Positions 35,201-46,600 of a stretch of 64,000 nt of DNA are shown piece after piece; positions within the stretch are counted from its first letter, which is position 1, and every line of letters begins with the position of its first letter. The DNA lies in assembly GCA_028534125.1 (NCBI GenBank), contig CM052817.1, forward strand, positions 374,001 through 438,000. The letters are read 5' to 3'. A model generated the notes under the pieces. It had not been told where the DNA came from and did not search any database. It saw only the letters and a program-made list of their open reading frames with translations. Made by a program: the position numbers and the translations under genes. The DNA comes from Lama glama. Taxonomy: Eukaryota.

Positions 35201-35872
35201 AGAACCAAGCCTACTGTACTTTCTGCAGAAAGCCTGTACGATCTCCTAGTTCACCCAGCAAAATGAAGAAAAACTTTAAACACCACAAATCACTAAACGC
35301 TGAGCGCCACATTTAAAAGCAAACACTGAGATTAATACTCAGATACTACAGATTTCAACTTACATGTTTTGAAAGCAGAATCGTACGACATGGAACTTTA
35401 CAAATTAAGCATTCGTCCCTTTTACCTATAAAAGAAAAGCACGTTTCGCTCTGCCCGCCGCACACGGGGAGCCAGGGCCAGGGAAGCAGGTGTCACGTCT
35501 CCCCGGCCGCCCTCGGGAGGCCTCGCCCCGCTGAGCACGCCGCTCCCCGAAGCCCGGAGACAGCTGGAAAGCCATGAGGTGCCATGTGGGATGGGAACCG
35601 AGGCCGCCCGCCCAGGGCCCGACTCTCCCCCAAGGGCCTCCCCCGGAAGCGCTCCTCAAGACCCCCGCTCCTCCCCCAAAGGCCCCCTCCCCACAGGCCC
35701 CTGCCCGGCGGTCCGGGTGCCGGCCCGGCCCAGGGGCTGCCCCCACGCGGACGCCGCCCTGACCTTTGCGCAGGCAGTTGTCACAGTACACGTGGCCACA
35801 GCTGGTCAGGCTGAAGCACGACGCCCCGCGGGGCTGCTGGAAGCAGCGATTACAGAACACCCAGCTGGCCAT
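17228..35872 (-). CDS. RNF212: RNF212, RING finger protein 212 (meiotic pro-crossover SUMO/E3 ligase, Zip3/ZHP-3 family); 12 coding exons, 825 nt, 274 aa
   Basis: Exons join in frame: 35872-35764, 35425-35364, 33624-33550, 32077-32021, 31474-31416, 28238-28186, 28101-28041, 27119-27074, 24848-24785, 18604-18535, 17588-17455, 17262-17228. N-terminus MASWVFCNRCFQQPRGASCFSLTSCGHVYCDNCLRKGKRDECLICKVPC is the RNF212 RING. The final intron requires a GC donor. Confidence 0.95.
17455..17588 (-). CDS. RNF212: RNF212 exon 11 (134 nt to a GC donor; unspliced read-through stops at TAA 17434-17432)
   Basis: catcacag| (R)IPALRLPCEGWTGSQAPPAASGAGRGVAPRPPISIAGLLQRQHL; PISIxGLLQRQ matches recalled rodent RNF212. 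Confidence 0.85.
18535..18604 (-). CDS. RNF212: RNF212 exon 10 (70 nt)
   Basis: cccctgcag| (G)SVAHHPQHLSLTPCRSSEPQAP(R) |gtaggt; resembles the recalled mouse segment GSVTCRGPQHLSLTP. Confidence 0.88.
21120..21299. mobile_element. Degenerate MaLR LTR (MLT1-like) fragment
   Basis: GGAGTCCAAGGTCAAGG ... GGGACACAACTCAATCCACAGCA, typical MLT1 motifs. Confidence 0.5.
21380..21960 (+). mobile_element. Ancient L1 ORF2 fragments, GC-shifted
   Basis: TTLTIEGLNTPIKRQRL resembles the L1 endonuclease N-terminus. Confidence 0.6.
22180..23700 (-). mobile_element. Ancient L1 ORF2 remnant, GC-shifted, interrupted by a SINE
   Basis: Recognisable antisense L1 phrases such as GATTTCTCCTTTGGTCCG..., TTTAATCCCACTGTGGTC and GGTTGTTCCTTCAATCACTGACAG. 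Confidence 0.6.
22336..22437 (-). mobile_element. tRNA-Ala-derived camelid SINE (Vic-1 type)
   Basis: Minus strand GGGAGGGTAGAGCTCCGTGGTAGAGCGTGTGCTCGGCATGCCCAAGGTCCTGGGTTCAATTCCCAGCACCTCCATTAA followed by an A-rich tail; Pol III A/B boxes. Confidence 0.85.
24785..24848 (-). CDS. RNF212: RNF212 exon 9 (64 nt)
   Basis: cacaccatag| PEATAGPARISVISPPRDGRM(G) |gtaagt. Confidence 0.95.
27074..27119 (-). CDS. RNF212: RNF212 exon 8 (46 nt)
   Basis: ctctctagcag| (R)VESMEVDLAPSPRRK |gtaagt. Confidence 0.95.
28041..28101 (-). CDS. RNF212: RNF212 exon 7 (61 nt)
   Basis: ctcctcacag| (T)PTAKPSGPVFLPPDSSASQ(R) |gtgtgt; preceded by an 84-nt intron; phases match neighbouring exons. Confidence 0.88.
28186..28238 (-). 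CDS. RNF212: RNF212 exon 6 (53 nt)
   Basis: tgtctgtctag| (S)VRLAQQTAFGTIKTPVS(T) |gtaagt. Confidence 0.95.
28850..30220 (-). mobile_element. Truncated class I endogenous retrovirus: 5' LTR, tRNA-Ile PBS, leader and decayed gag matrix
   Basis: LTR ends ...AACA at 29898; PBS TGGTGGCCCGTATGGGGA at 29895-29878; gag-like GNASAPWDSPLGCI*KPWDK/QTLKTTQLTLFQNAAWPQHQLPEQETWLVRGTL at about 29036-28850. LTR 5' boundary is approximate. Confidence 0.8.
31416..31474 (-). CDS. RNF212: RNF212 exon 5 (59 nt), coiled coil
   Basis: tgtctag| ISSLEESLRKSALQLEQLQ(S) |gtcagt. Confidence 0.96.
32021..32077 (-). CDS. RNF212: RNF212 exon 4 (57 nt)
   Basis: tcttctcag| VSEFQEKHRRRLLAFYGEK |gtaagt. Confidence 0.97.
33550..33624 (-). 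CDS. RNF212: RNF212 exon 3 (75 nt)
   Basis: tctctctcag| TDSDIRALFLGIDGLCRKYSMETSQ |gtgagt. Confidence 0.97.
35364..35425 (-). CDS. RNF212: RNF212 exon 2 (62 nt)
   Basis: ttttatag| GKRDECLICKVPCRTILLSKH |gtaagt. Confidence 0.97.
35764..35872 (-). CDS. RNF212: RNF212 coding exon 1 (109 nt)
   Basis: ATG at 35872; MASWVFCNRCFQQPRGASCFSLTSCGHVYCDNCLRK(G); donor AAG|GTCAGG. Confidence 0.97.
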
Positions 35873-36503
35873 GCCGGGCCTGGCGTCCGCGCGGCCCACG
35901 CGAGACCTGGCCGCGGGACCTGGGCGTGGCCCGAAGGCTACGACTCCGCGCCTGCGCAAACGTTAAGCTCTGCGAGCTCCCGCCCAAACTCAAGCGCTGG
36001 AAGGTACCAACCCAGGAAGACGGGGAGGCCTGAGTCAGACCTTTCCGTCTGTGGCTCGGTCTGGCCGGACGACCGGGAGGCGGACCCGCCTCGCTCATCC
36101 CAACGCTGCATTGCCCAGGGATTCTCCTGAGGGCAGCGCGCCGTAGTCCAGGCCCAGTGTGGGCCCCCGCGCAGCGCCGACGTGGTTGCGTCGGGATGTG
36201 GGCGCAGGCATGGAGCGGCAGAGGCCGTCGCGGCTCAGGGGCCTCCGCGGGCCAGCGGCGTCAGGTGAGGTTGCGGCCCGGGCTTGGGCAGCGGTAGGCG
36301 TGGGGAGGCGGGCCGGGGGTCGGGCGCGAGAGGGCCGGCAGGGTGGACCGGACGGCCCCTCATGCCCTCCGCAATGCAGGTGGTGGCGGGGGAGACCGGG
36401 GGACGAGGGCCGGGAGACCGACCAGAGGCCGGAGGAGCAGGAAGCGGGCCTGGGCCTGGCCGGTGGGAGGTGGGGGGATTAGGGACCCGGATGGGGTGTG
36501 GCT

Positions 36504-36531
36504 GGGGCCCGGGGCCCGGGGCCCGGGGCCC
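36504..36531 (+). repeat. (GGGGCCC)x4 short tandem repeat
   Basis: Four exact consecutive copies. Confidence 0.9.
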
Positions 36532-36964
36532 ACTGGCTGGACCGCGTACGCGAGGTGCGCCAGGCCGGGCTGCGGCCCTTGCCTACCTCGTACGCGTGAA
36601 AAGGCTTGACCTGGGGGAGATTTGTTTCCCTTTTAAAAATAGTAGCTGGAGGAGCTGGTGGAAGGGGCTCTCTGTACTAGTTTTTGTAACTGCAGTGAGC
36701 TTATAATTCAAAATTTAGAGGAAATAAATAGAAGTTGCCTTTCATAGAATTGCGCTCCTCGTGGGATGCCCCATCCTCTCTGTGGAAGAGAGTTTCCGTC
36801 CGCACCGAGGCCGAGTGGGGACCCACTGAGAAAACTTGGTTCAGAGAAAGTCTCTGGGCCATTTACTTGTGTGCGGAAGGGTGGCCGTCTTTCAGGGAAA
36901 TAGGAAAATGCAGAGATTAAGGACGACTCTTTCTGAGTGGAATGCAGTCGGGAAAGGATGCGTA

Positions 36965-37283
36965 CCCTCTGTCCCGTGCTGCAGCTGTGAACCTCATGCG
37001 GCCGTGAGCCTTTGAAGTGTGGCTGGTCCAAATTGAGGTGTGCTTTGATTGTAAAATACACCTGGATTTCCAAGACTTCATGTCGAAAAAGGAATGTAAA
37101 CTATCTCATTAATAATTTTATACTGATGATGTGTTAAAGCTGGAATATGTTTGATGTATTGGTTAAACATATGTCACTAGGGTTAATTCTACTCCATTAA
37201 AAAAAAAAGCTTTTTAAATGTGGTAACCAGAAAACTTCAAATTTCATGTGTAGCTTTAAAAAAAATTCTGTTGAATGGTGCTG
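36965..37283. mobile_element. hAT-Charlie non-autonomous DNA transposon (MER33-like)
   Basis: GTGGCTGGTCCAAATTGAGGTGTGC...GTAAAATACACCTGGATTTCCAAGACT...AAACTATCTCATTAATAATTTT; about 320 bp. Confidence 0.7.
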
Positions 37284-37447
37284 ATCTAGAGCAAGTTTAA
37301 AATAAGTCATGTGCTTATTCTATCAAACTCACAAGCTACATTGTTAAAGTGACATTTACTCAGCGTCACAATGCTGTAGCACTAATTCTGACCTCTGATG
37401 GCTTTGAAATCATACAAGTAATGCACATTTATGAATATGTATTTTGA

Positions 37448-37493
37448 TTTATTAAGCGTTATGCAGGTTAGAAGGTAGTTATTTGCCTTTATT
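37448..37493 (-). terminator. TMED11 polyadenylation signals (two AATAAA)
   Basis: AATAAA on the minus strand at 37493-37488 and 37453-37448, directly after the stop. Confidence 0.7.
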
Positions 37494-37499
37494 AATACT

Positions 37500-37649
37500 T
37501 TAAACAAGTTTCTTAGCTATGAAGAAGTCTTTAAGGTACTTCATTTGGAAAATTCCAACTGAGATAAAGATTAGTGTCTGTGCGAATGCCCACCATAAAA
37601 CATTGCTATTTGTATCTTCACTGGTTATTCGAAATTTTTCTTCACGGTC
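37500..37649 (-). CDS. TMED11: TMED11 exon 5 coding part (150 nt)
   Basis: tttgtag| [49 protein letters not shown]. Confidence 0.96.
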   Translation of the reverse strand, partial: DREEKFRITSEDTNSNVLWWAFAQTLIFISVGIFQMKYLKDFFIAKKLV

Positions 37650-40600
37650 CTACAAAGAAGAGAAATAGACAGGTTTAGTTTCTTAAGGTACATCATGCAT
37701 GAATTTGAGAAGGTGCTCTATGCATTCAAGTTACTTAATGTTGCCCAGGTAGTATCTTATGCTGATGTGCAATATCTGATTTTCTAAGCCAAGATGTGTT
37801 GTGAGCCAAAGACAAGGAATAAGAGTCAACCTTATAAAACATTTTTGTACTTTGGTGTAAAAGATCAAGTATTTGATCTGTTAACTTTATGCGTTTTATT
37901 TGTCACCATCAAACAAAGTGATCATTACCTAATAATAGTGTTAGAGTTTCATTATTTGAGTCCTTGTTTTTAAGCAGCAATGTGCTCATTTTATTTTCTG
38001 GATAAGGAAACTGACGCTTAGAGGTGGTAGAAGGTTCATGAGTGGTGGAGCAGATCTGAGCCCACGTCTGACCAGAGCCCACTGAGCACAGTCCCCCAGG
38101 AAACAATGTCACAAGAACAAAATTGTGACTTAGAAAGTGGGCACACTGAGACTCTCCAGGTCCTTGGGGTGTGTTTGGAAGACCTTATTTATTCATTCTG
38201 TGAGCTCAGCCTACAGGTGAATGAGCCGCAGTCCCTTTCCTGGAGGAGTTCACGGTTCAGTGGACGGTGGAAGATCACTCCCCCTAGTCCCCGCGTGTCC
38301 GCACAGGTTTCGCTCAGAGAAAGGGGGACAGGCAGTTTATTCTTCCCTTGGTTCAGGGGCTCTGTCTTGAGAGTTACATTCCTGCAGGGAGAGTTTGAAT
38401 AGCTGAGTAGGCAGACTGACCCTTTGATAGTTTTGTTCTTTGATTATTTGCTCAATTTGCTCAATTAGATGTTCAAGCTTGAAGCTCACTTCATTAACTT
38501 TGTCCTTTGCTTGAGCAATGGCTGCATCAAGGTCGTGTTCTCCAACTCGAATGTCTAAGTGGATCCGCTGCACAAATAGGAAAAGGAAAGAAACATGTTC
38601 TCAGCCCAGCTCGCCCCTCTCCCTGCTTTGCCCTCTGTGTCTTCCCATCCCTTCCTTTTCTCCTCTCCCCCTTTCCAGAGCAAACACTGCTTCATCCTCG
38701 AGCTCTCTTTTTCCTGACCGCACTCAAGTCCCCTAATACTCGGTGGTCTCTCTCTGTATAATGATGCATAAAATGGTACCTTCGGGCCTGAAAGAGGACT
38801 TGTACCTTCCTAAACTGTTGTTCACTGTTAGGCGAGTGCCTGTGGCCCTGAGAGAAATTGACTGCTCTCAGGAAAATTTTCTTCACGTGTAACTAAATTT
38901 CTAATGTTAAAGTATACATTCTCATCATGTCTTCTCAGCATATTTAGAAAATGGCTAATCATCATCTACCGTGTAAGAGTTTTATTTATTGGAATTCCAT
39001 TGTTAATTCACCCTCAGCCCTCAATTGTTTTCAAGCTTGAATAATCACAGTTCTCTTAACCTTCCCTCCCAGTTCTCATTTTTCAAGCCCTTTAATCAAC
39101 TTCATAGTTCTCCTATGAACCCCTCCCAAGCTCGGCAGCTCCCTCTTTGGTTGCTGTGCTGAGGTCTGGGCACAGGGCCTTCACACACCTCCAGCCGTCC
39201 TGGGTGCAACGATTCTGTATGTCGGTGTCATGCCTGAAGAGTGCTGATGCTGTGCTCCTCGCCAGAGGCACGGGAGGCTTACACTTACCAGCTTGCTCCC
39301 TCCGAAGGACACAAGCCTTGTAGAATTAGATTCTAAGCAAATGATGTGTTCTCCAGGTGAATGTGAAGTAAAATAGAATGTTCCGTGTGGGCCATATAGC
39401 TTTGACAACAATACCTAGGATGGAGGATATCCACAATTTAAGTTTATTATTTACTTTCCATTTAAAAAATAAATCTCCCCTGTATGCTGTAGTAAAAATC
39501 ATGCAGTTCTTTAAGAAGAAGTCAAATGGCCAATAACATGAAAAATATTTAACCTTGCTGGTAATCAAAAACATATAAACCACAGTAAGGTATTCTCTAT
39601 TAGTTATCTGGTTGGCAAAGACTTAGAAGTACCCAGGGATAGTACTGAGAAATATGATCTGTAAACACTGTTTGGGAATGTAAACTGAGCAACTATTTTA
39701 AAGCGTGATTTGGCTCTATGTATTAAAAATTAAAAGTGTGTACAGCTGTTGACTCAGCAGCGCTACCTGTAGAAGTTTATCCCGTGGAAAGGCACAAGTA
39801 GAGTTACGTGTAAAAGCAAGATTATTTGTAAATAAAAATTTTCATTTTTGAAGTAACTATTACTTTTCAGTAGAGGTTGATTAAATTTAGGAGAAGCCAA
39901 ATGAAGAAATGCTAGGAAGCAGTAAAAGAGAATGTTACACCCATCCCTGTACTAAAGGTGCCATGATGTCCTGCAGTATAGCGGTCTGTATAGGATCCTG
40001 TTTTTCTGAAAAAATCATTTATAAAGGGACACATACTTTGAAGAAGATTCTGAAGAGTACATACCAAGCTGTTAGGCAGTTATATTTGTTAGGGAACTTT
40101 GATTTTCTGCTTAGTATATTTCTATATTGTCTGTTATTTTGAAAAACAGGTATAGGACTTTCAGTCTAGCATATAAGGAACTTGGTAGTTGTCACTGTGT
40201 CTTAACAGTAGAAAGCTTCATAACAAGAGTTGAGGTCATGGGGCAAACTGCTGCCCCCGGATTTGAGGAGAGACGCCAATACAGAGAATGACAACTTACC
40301 AGCACTGGGTTCTTTTTACCCAGCACATCATGTCCAACTGTCAGCAACAACAGAAAAATAACAGGGCATACTAAAAGGCAAAAAACACAATTTGAAAAGA
40401 CAGAACAAGCCTCAGAAGTAGATTCAGATATGGCAGTGATGTTGGAATGATCAGGCCAGGAATTTAGAAAAAGCATGATTAATATTCTGTGGCCTCTAAT
40501 GGAGAAAGTAGACAACATGCAAGATCAAATGCATAATGTGAGTAGAGATGAAAATTCTGTGGAAGAATAAAAAAGACATGCTAGAGATCAAAACCACTGT

Positions 40601-43600
40601 AGCAGAAACAAAGAGTGCTTTTGGGTTCATTAGTAGACTGGACAGGGCTGAGGAAAGAATCTCTGAGCTTGAGGTTATGTCAGCAGAAAATTTCAAAACT
40701 ACAAAGTAAAGAGAAAAAAGACCAGGGGAAGAGAAGGAACAGAATATCCAAGGACTATGGGACAGCTGTTCAAGGTGTGACATACATGTAATGGGAATAC
40801 CAGAAGGAGAAGAAAGAAAATGACAGAAAAAACATTTAAAACAGTAATGACTGAGAGCTTCAAATTAGTGTCAGACTCCAAGCCACAGCTCTGGGAGGCT
40901 TAGAGGACACCAAGCAGGATGAAGGCCAATGAAGCTACACCTAGGCATATGGTATTTAAAACTGCAGATGTCAAAGATAAAGAACAAATCTTGAAATGAA
41001 GCCAGAGGGGAAAAACACCTTATTTATAGGGGAGCAAAGATAAGAATTACATCCAACTCAGACACCATGTAAGCAAGAAGACAGTAGAGTGAAATATTTA
41101 AGGTATTGAGAGAAAGAACCCACCAACCTAGAATTCTGTATCCTGCAAAATTCTCCTTCAAAAATGAAAGAAGAATGAAGATTTTCTCAAACAAAAGTTG
41201 AGGGAATTTGTCACTGATAGACCTGCCTTGCAAGGGATGTTAAAAGTTCTTCAGAGAGAAGGTTAATGATATTGGTCAGAAACTCAGATCTACATTAGAG
41301 AAGGAATAAGTGAAGGTAAAATTAAAACTTTTATTTTTCTTATTATTAGCTGAGCTGATAAGTCTTTCAAAATAATAGCAACAATGTATTGATTATAGTT
41401 TGCATGTAAATGAAATAACTAACAGCAAAGATGCAAAGGATGGGAGATAGGGATTAGGATTACTTGGTTATCGTAAGGTACTTGCACTGCCTGTGAAGTG
41501 ATAGGGTGTTACTAGAAGTGAACTTGGATTAGTCCAAAGTGTATATTGCAAACTCTAGGGCAACCACTGGAAAAAAAAGTTGAAAGAAATATAGTTGATA
41601 GCTAAGAAGAGATACAATAGCATCACATAAAATAATTAAAACCACCAAAGACAGAAAAAGAATGGAAAACAAAAATAGGAACAAAGAGCAAGGATGGTAA
41701 CTAGAAAACAGAAACAAACATGGTAGATGTTAACCCAACTATATCAATAGTCACTTTGAATGTTAGTGGTCTAAATGCACCAATCAAAACAGAGATTATC
41801 AGAGTGAATCAAGAAACCAAACCCAATTATGTATATGTTGTCTACAAGAAACTCTTTAAAAAAAAAAAGACACATATGGATTAAAAGTTAAGGAATGGAG
41901 AAAGATGTATATGCTAACCTTAATGAAAAGAATATTTATATTAACTTCAGACAGAGTAGACTTCAAAACAAGGAAAATTATCAGGGATAATTACATAACA
42001 GAGTGTTATGTAATAATAAAGAGGTCAGATCTCCAGGAAGGCAGTCTTTAACGTCTACACATCTAACAACAGGGTATCAAAATACGTGAAGCAAAAACTG
42101 GAAGAATTGCGAGGACAAGCAGAAGAATCCACTGTTACAGTTGGAGACTTTGATACCCTCTGCCAGAAGTGGGCAGATCCAACAGCAGATCAGCAAGGAC
42201 ACAGTTGAACTCGATAGCACCATCGACCAACTCAATATAATTATCTATAGACAGCTTCATCCCACAAAACAGAGTATACATTCTTCTCAAGCTCACATGG
42301 ACCACTTATGAAGGTAGACCACATTCTGGGCCATAAAAAAGGCCTCAATACATTTAAAATAATAAAAACCATGGAATGTATGTTCTTAGACCACAATGGA
42401 GTGGAAGTAGAAATCAGTAACAAAAATATAGCTGGAATGCCCCAAAATATTTAGAGATTAGATAGCACACTTCAAAATAACACATGAGTCAGGAAGAAAT
42501 CTCAGAAATTAAACATTTTTTTAATTAGAAGAGGATTCTGGGAAGATGGCAGAATAGGAAGCACCAGGAACCTGTCTCCTTGACAACAATTACATCGTTA
42601 GACTCTGTCTGATGTAATTATTGTAGAGCTCTGGAGTCCTATTGAAGGCTTGCAACTTCCAGGAGAAGACTTGGATGGTAAATTGTGGTTAATTTTGATC
42701 AGTTTCAGCTCTTAGCACAGTAGCAACTCCCCCCCCGCCCCCCCGCCACATGGCAAGCAGCTGTGCACATGTTCCTGGAACAGCCCACACGCAGCTTATA
42801 GAAGCCAGGGTAGGGAAAAAGGACCCTGTCCGCTAAATGTCAAGGATTTTCAATGTCATCATACAGAAGGGAACCTCAATAAGATTACCAGCAGATTTCT
42901 TATTAGAAACTTTGGAGACTAGAAGGCAGTGGGCAGATAACATTCAAAGTGCTAAAAACAAAACAGAAACAGAAGCAGCCAGTAAGCACATGAAAAGATG
43001 CTCAACTTCATTGATTGTTAGCAAATCAAAACCACAACAAGCAGTATCTCACACCCATTAGAATGGCTGCTATTTAAAAAAAAAACCCAGAAGTGCTGAC
43101 GAAAATGTGGAGAAATTGTAACCCTTGTGCACTGTTGGTATGAATGTAAAATGGTGCAGCTGCTGTGGAAAACAGTATGGTGGTCCTCAAAAATGTGAAA
43201 ATAGACTTGCCGTATCATCCAGTAATTCCACTTCTGGCTATATACCCAATTCAAAGAAGGATCTCAAAGAATATCAAAGAGATATTCATACACCTACGTT
43301 CACGGCAGCATTATTCACAGTAGCTAAAATATGGAAGCAGCCCAAGTGTCCATCAATGGATAAGCAAAATGTGGTCTATACATATAGTGGAGTATTATTC
43401 AGCCTTAAAAAGGTGGGAAACTGACACCTGCCGCGACATGGATAAACCTTGAGGACATTAAACTGAGTGAAGTAAGACAGTCACAAAAAGACAAAAATGA
43501 TACGGTTCAATGTGTAGGAGGCACTTAGAGTAGTTAAAATCATAGAGGAGTTGTTTAATGGATGCAGGATTAAGGAATTATGGGCATGATGATTACATAA

Positions 43601-46600
43601 CATGAATATATTTAATACCACTGAACTGTGTACTTAGTAATGGATAAGATGATGAGTTTTGTTATGTGTATTTTACTACAATGTAAAAATTTAGAAAAAT
43701 ATTTTGAACTGAATTAAAATGAAAGCACAACTTAATCAAAATTTGGGGGATACAGTGAGAGAAGTAGTTAGGGGGAATTTACAACATTGAATGAATATAT
43801 TAAAAATGGAGATATAAAATTAGTCATCTAAGCTTCCACTTCAGGAAACTAGAAAAAGAAGAGCAAATTAAACCCAAAATAAGCAGAAGAGGAGAAATAA
43901 ATTCAGTTCTAATAAAAACTAATGCAGAAATCAGTGAAATTGAAAAATAGGAAATGAGTAGAGAAAACCAATAAAATAAATAGCTGATTCTTTGAAAAGA
44001 TCAATAAGATCAATAAACCTCTCGCTAAGCTGGCTAAGAAAAAAAGAAGACCCAAATTAATAATCTCAGCAATGAAAGAGAAGCATTACTACAGGTCTCA
44101 CGGACATCAGTAGGGTCGTAGAGGAGTACTATGAACAACTCGATGACCACACACTTGGTAATCTAGATGAAACAGACCAATTCCTTGAAAGACAATTTGT
44201 CAAAACTCACACAAAAAGAAATAGACAATCTGAATAGGTTTACATCTAGTAAAAGAAATTGAATCAATAATAACCTTCCAAATAGCACCAGGCCCAGATG
44301 GTTCACTGGTGATTCTACCAAAGACTTAAGAAATTATAGCAATTCTCTACAATCTCTTCCAGAAGATAGAAGTAGAGAGAATACTTTCTAAATCATTTTG
44401 TGAGGCTAACATTAGCCTAATACCAAAACCAGAGAAAGACTCAAGAAAACTGTGGACCATTATCTCTCGTGGACATAGATACAAATGTTTTCAACAAATT
44501 ATTAGCAAATTGAAACCAGCAATGTATTAAGGGGATTATACACTGTGACCAAGTAGATTTATTCTGGATAAGCAAGGCTGATTATAAACTATTTAAACAA
44601 TTAACATAATTCATTATATCAGCAGATAAAAGAAGGTCACGTGAGCATACCAATGGGTGCAGAAAAAGCAATTGACAAAATCCAGCATCCATTCATGGTT
44701 AAAACTCTCAGCAAACTTAAGAATAGGGGAACTTTGTCAATTTGATAGAGAACATCTATAAAACCCTCACAGCTACCATACTTGACAGTGAAAACCTAGA
44801 GGTTTTATCACCAAGGTCAGAGACAAGGCCAGGGTGTCCCCCTCACTTCCTTCCCAACGCCCTACTGGAAGTCCTGGCTGAGGCTGTAACAGGGAAAAGG
44901 AAAAAAGTATGCAGGTTGGGAAGGAAGAAATAAAGCTGTGTTTGTTCACAGATGACAGGACTGTCTAGAAAATTCAAAATAATTAACAACAGAAACTTAA
45001 ACTAATAAATGACTATAAATGCAGCATACAGCATTAATGTGTTGAAGTTAATCAGTTTCTGTGTACTACTAATGAACAAGTGGAATGGGAAATAAAAGAC
45101 ACAGCGCTGTTTACATTAGCATCCCCCAAAATGAAATACTTCAGTATAAATCAAACAAAATATATATAAGATATGTAAGAGGGAAACAAAAAATGTGATG
45201 AAAGAAATTGAAGAAGATAAAATAAATGGAGAGAGATTCCATGTTTATGAACAGAACATTTTTATTGTTGTGAAAGTATCAGTTCTTCCCAACTTGATCT
45301 ATAGATTGAAACCAGTCCCAGTCAAAATCTCAGCAACTGACTGAAGTTTTCATGGAGAGGCAAAAAATGCAAAATGACCAACACAATATTGAAGGATAAG
45401 AGTAAAGTCAGGGAACTGACACTCCCCATTTCAGGACTTAACCAGTAAACAAGATAGTGTGATACCAGTGAAAGAATAGACAGTCCAGAAACAGACCCAC
45501 GCAAGTATAGTCAACTGATCTTTGACAGAGGAGCAAAAGCAATACAATGGAGAAAACAGTTTTTCCAACAAATTGTGCTGGAAAACTGGGAATTAAAGAA
45601 ATGAGTGTAGACACAGACCTTACACCTTTTACAGAAAATTAACTCAAAACGGAGCATAGATCTAAATGTAAAATGCAAAGATAGGAAAATATTAGAAGGC
45701 AACATAGGAGAAAATCTAGACAACCTTGGGTTTGGTGATGACTTTAGGTACAACACCAAAGGTGTGAGCCATGAAAGAAAGAATTGAGAAGCTGGACTTC
45801 ATTATAATTAAACTTCATTAAACATTTAACATTAAACATCATTAAAATTAAAAACTCGGCAGAAGAGAAAGCTGTCTCTCTGTCATGAGTGTGAAGAGAC
45901 AAGCCGCAGACTGGGAGAAACTATTTGTAAAGGAGATCTCTGATAAAGCACCGTTATCCAAAAGATGCAAAGAATTCTGAAAACAACAATGAGAAAACGA
46001 GCAAATCAATTAAAAAATGGGTAACAGATTTGAACAGACACCTCGCCAATGAAAACATGGCAGATAAGCACGTGGAAGGATGCTCCCCATCACATGTCAT
46101 TAGGGAATTGCAAATTAAGAACAACACTGAGATACCACTATACATCTACTAGAATGACCAAAATCCAGAACACTGACAACATTAAATGCTGGTGAGGATG
46201 TGGAACATTAGCCCTCATTTACTGCTGGTGGGAATGCAAAATGGTACAGTCCCTTGGGGAGACAGTCTGGGGCTTCTTTCAAAACGAAGTGTACTTTTAC
46301 CATACAGTCCTGCAGTCGTGCCATTTTTTCCAAATATATATGTATTTTATTTTTAGTTTTCAGTATATTTTGATTGAGGTATATAGTCTGTTTACAATGT
46401 TGTGTCAATTTCTGGTGTACAGCACAATACTTCAGTGATATAGGAACATACGTGTATTTGTTTTCATACTCTTTTTCACCATAAGTTACTGTGAGATAAC
46501 TAAATATGATTCCCTGTGCTGTACAGTATAAACTTATTGTTTACCTATTTTATATATAGTATTGTATATCTGCCAATACCAAACTCCCAATTTATCCCTT

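Larger units (their letters stand above)
35430..36600. promoter_or_regulatory. CpG island / RNF212 promoter
   Basis: Dense CpG spanning exon 1; NRF1-type GCGCCTGCGCA at 35948-35958; E2F6-type TCCCGCC at 35978-35984. Confidence 0.85.

Noticed and set aside
35873..35959. N-terminal extension of RNF212 suggested by the ORF track (MRRRGVV...)
   Set aside because: Begins at a non-ATG codon; the ATG at 35872 matches the known RNF212 start
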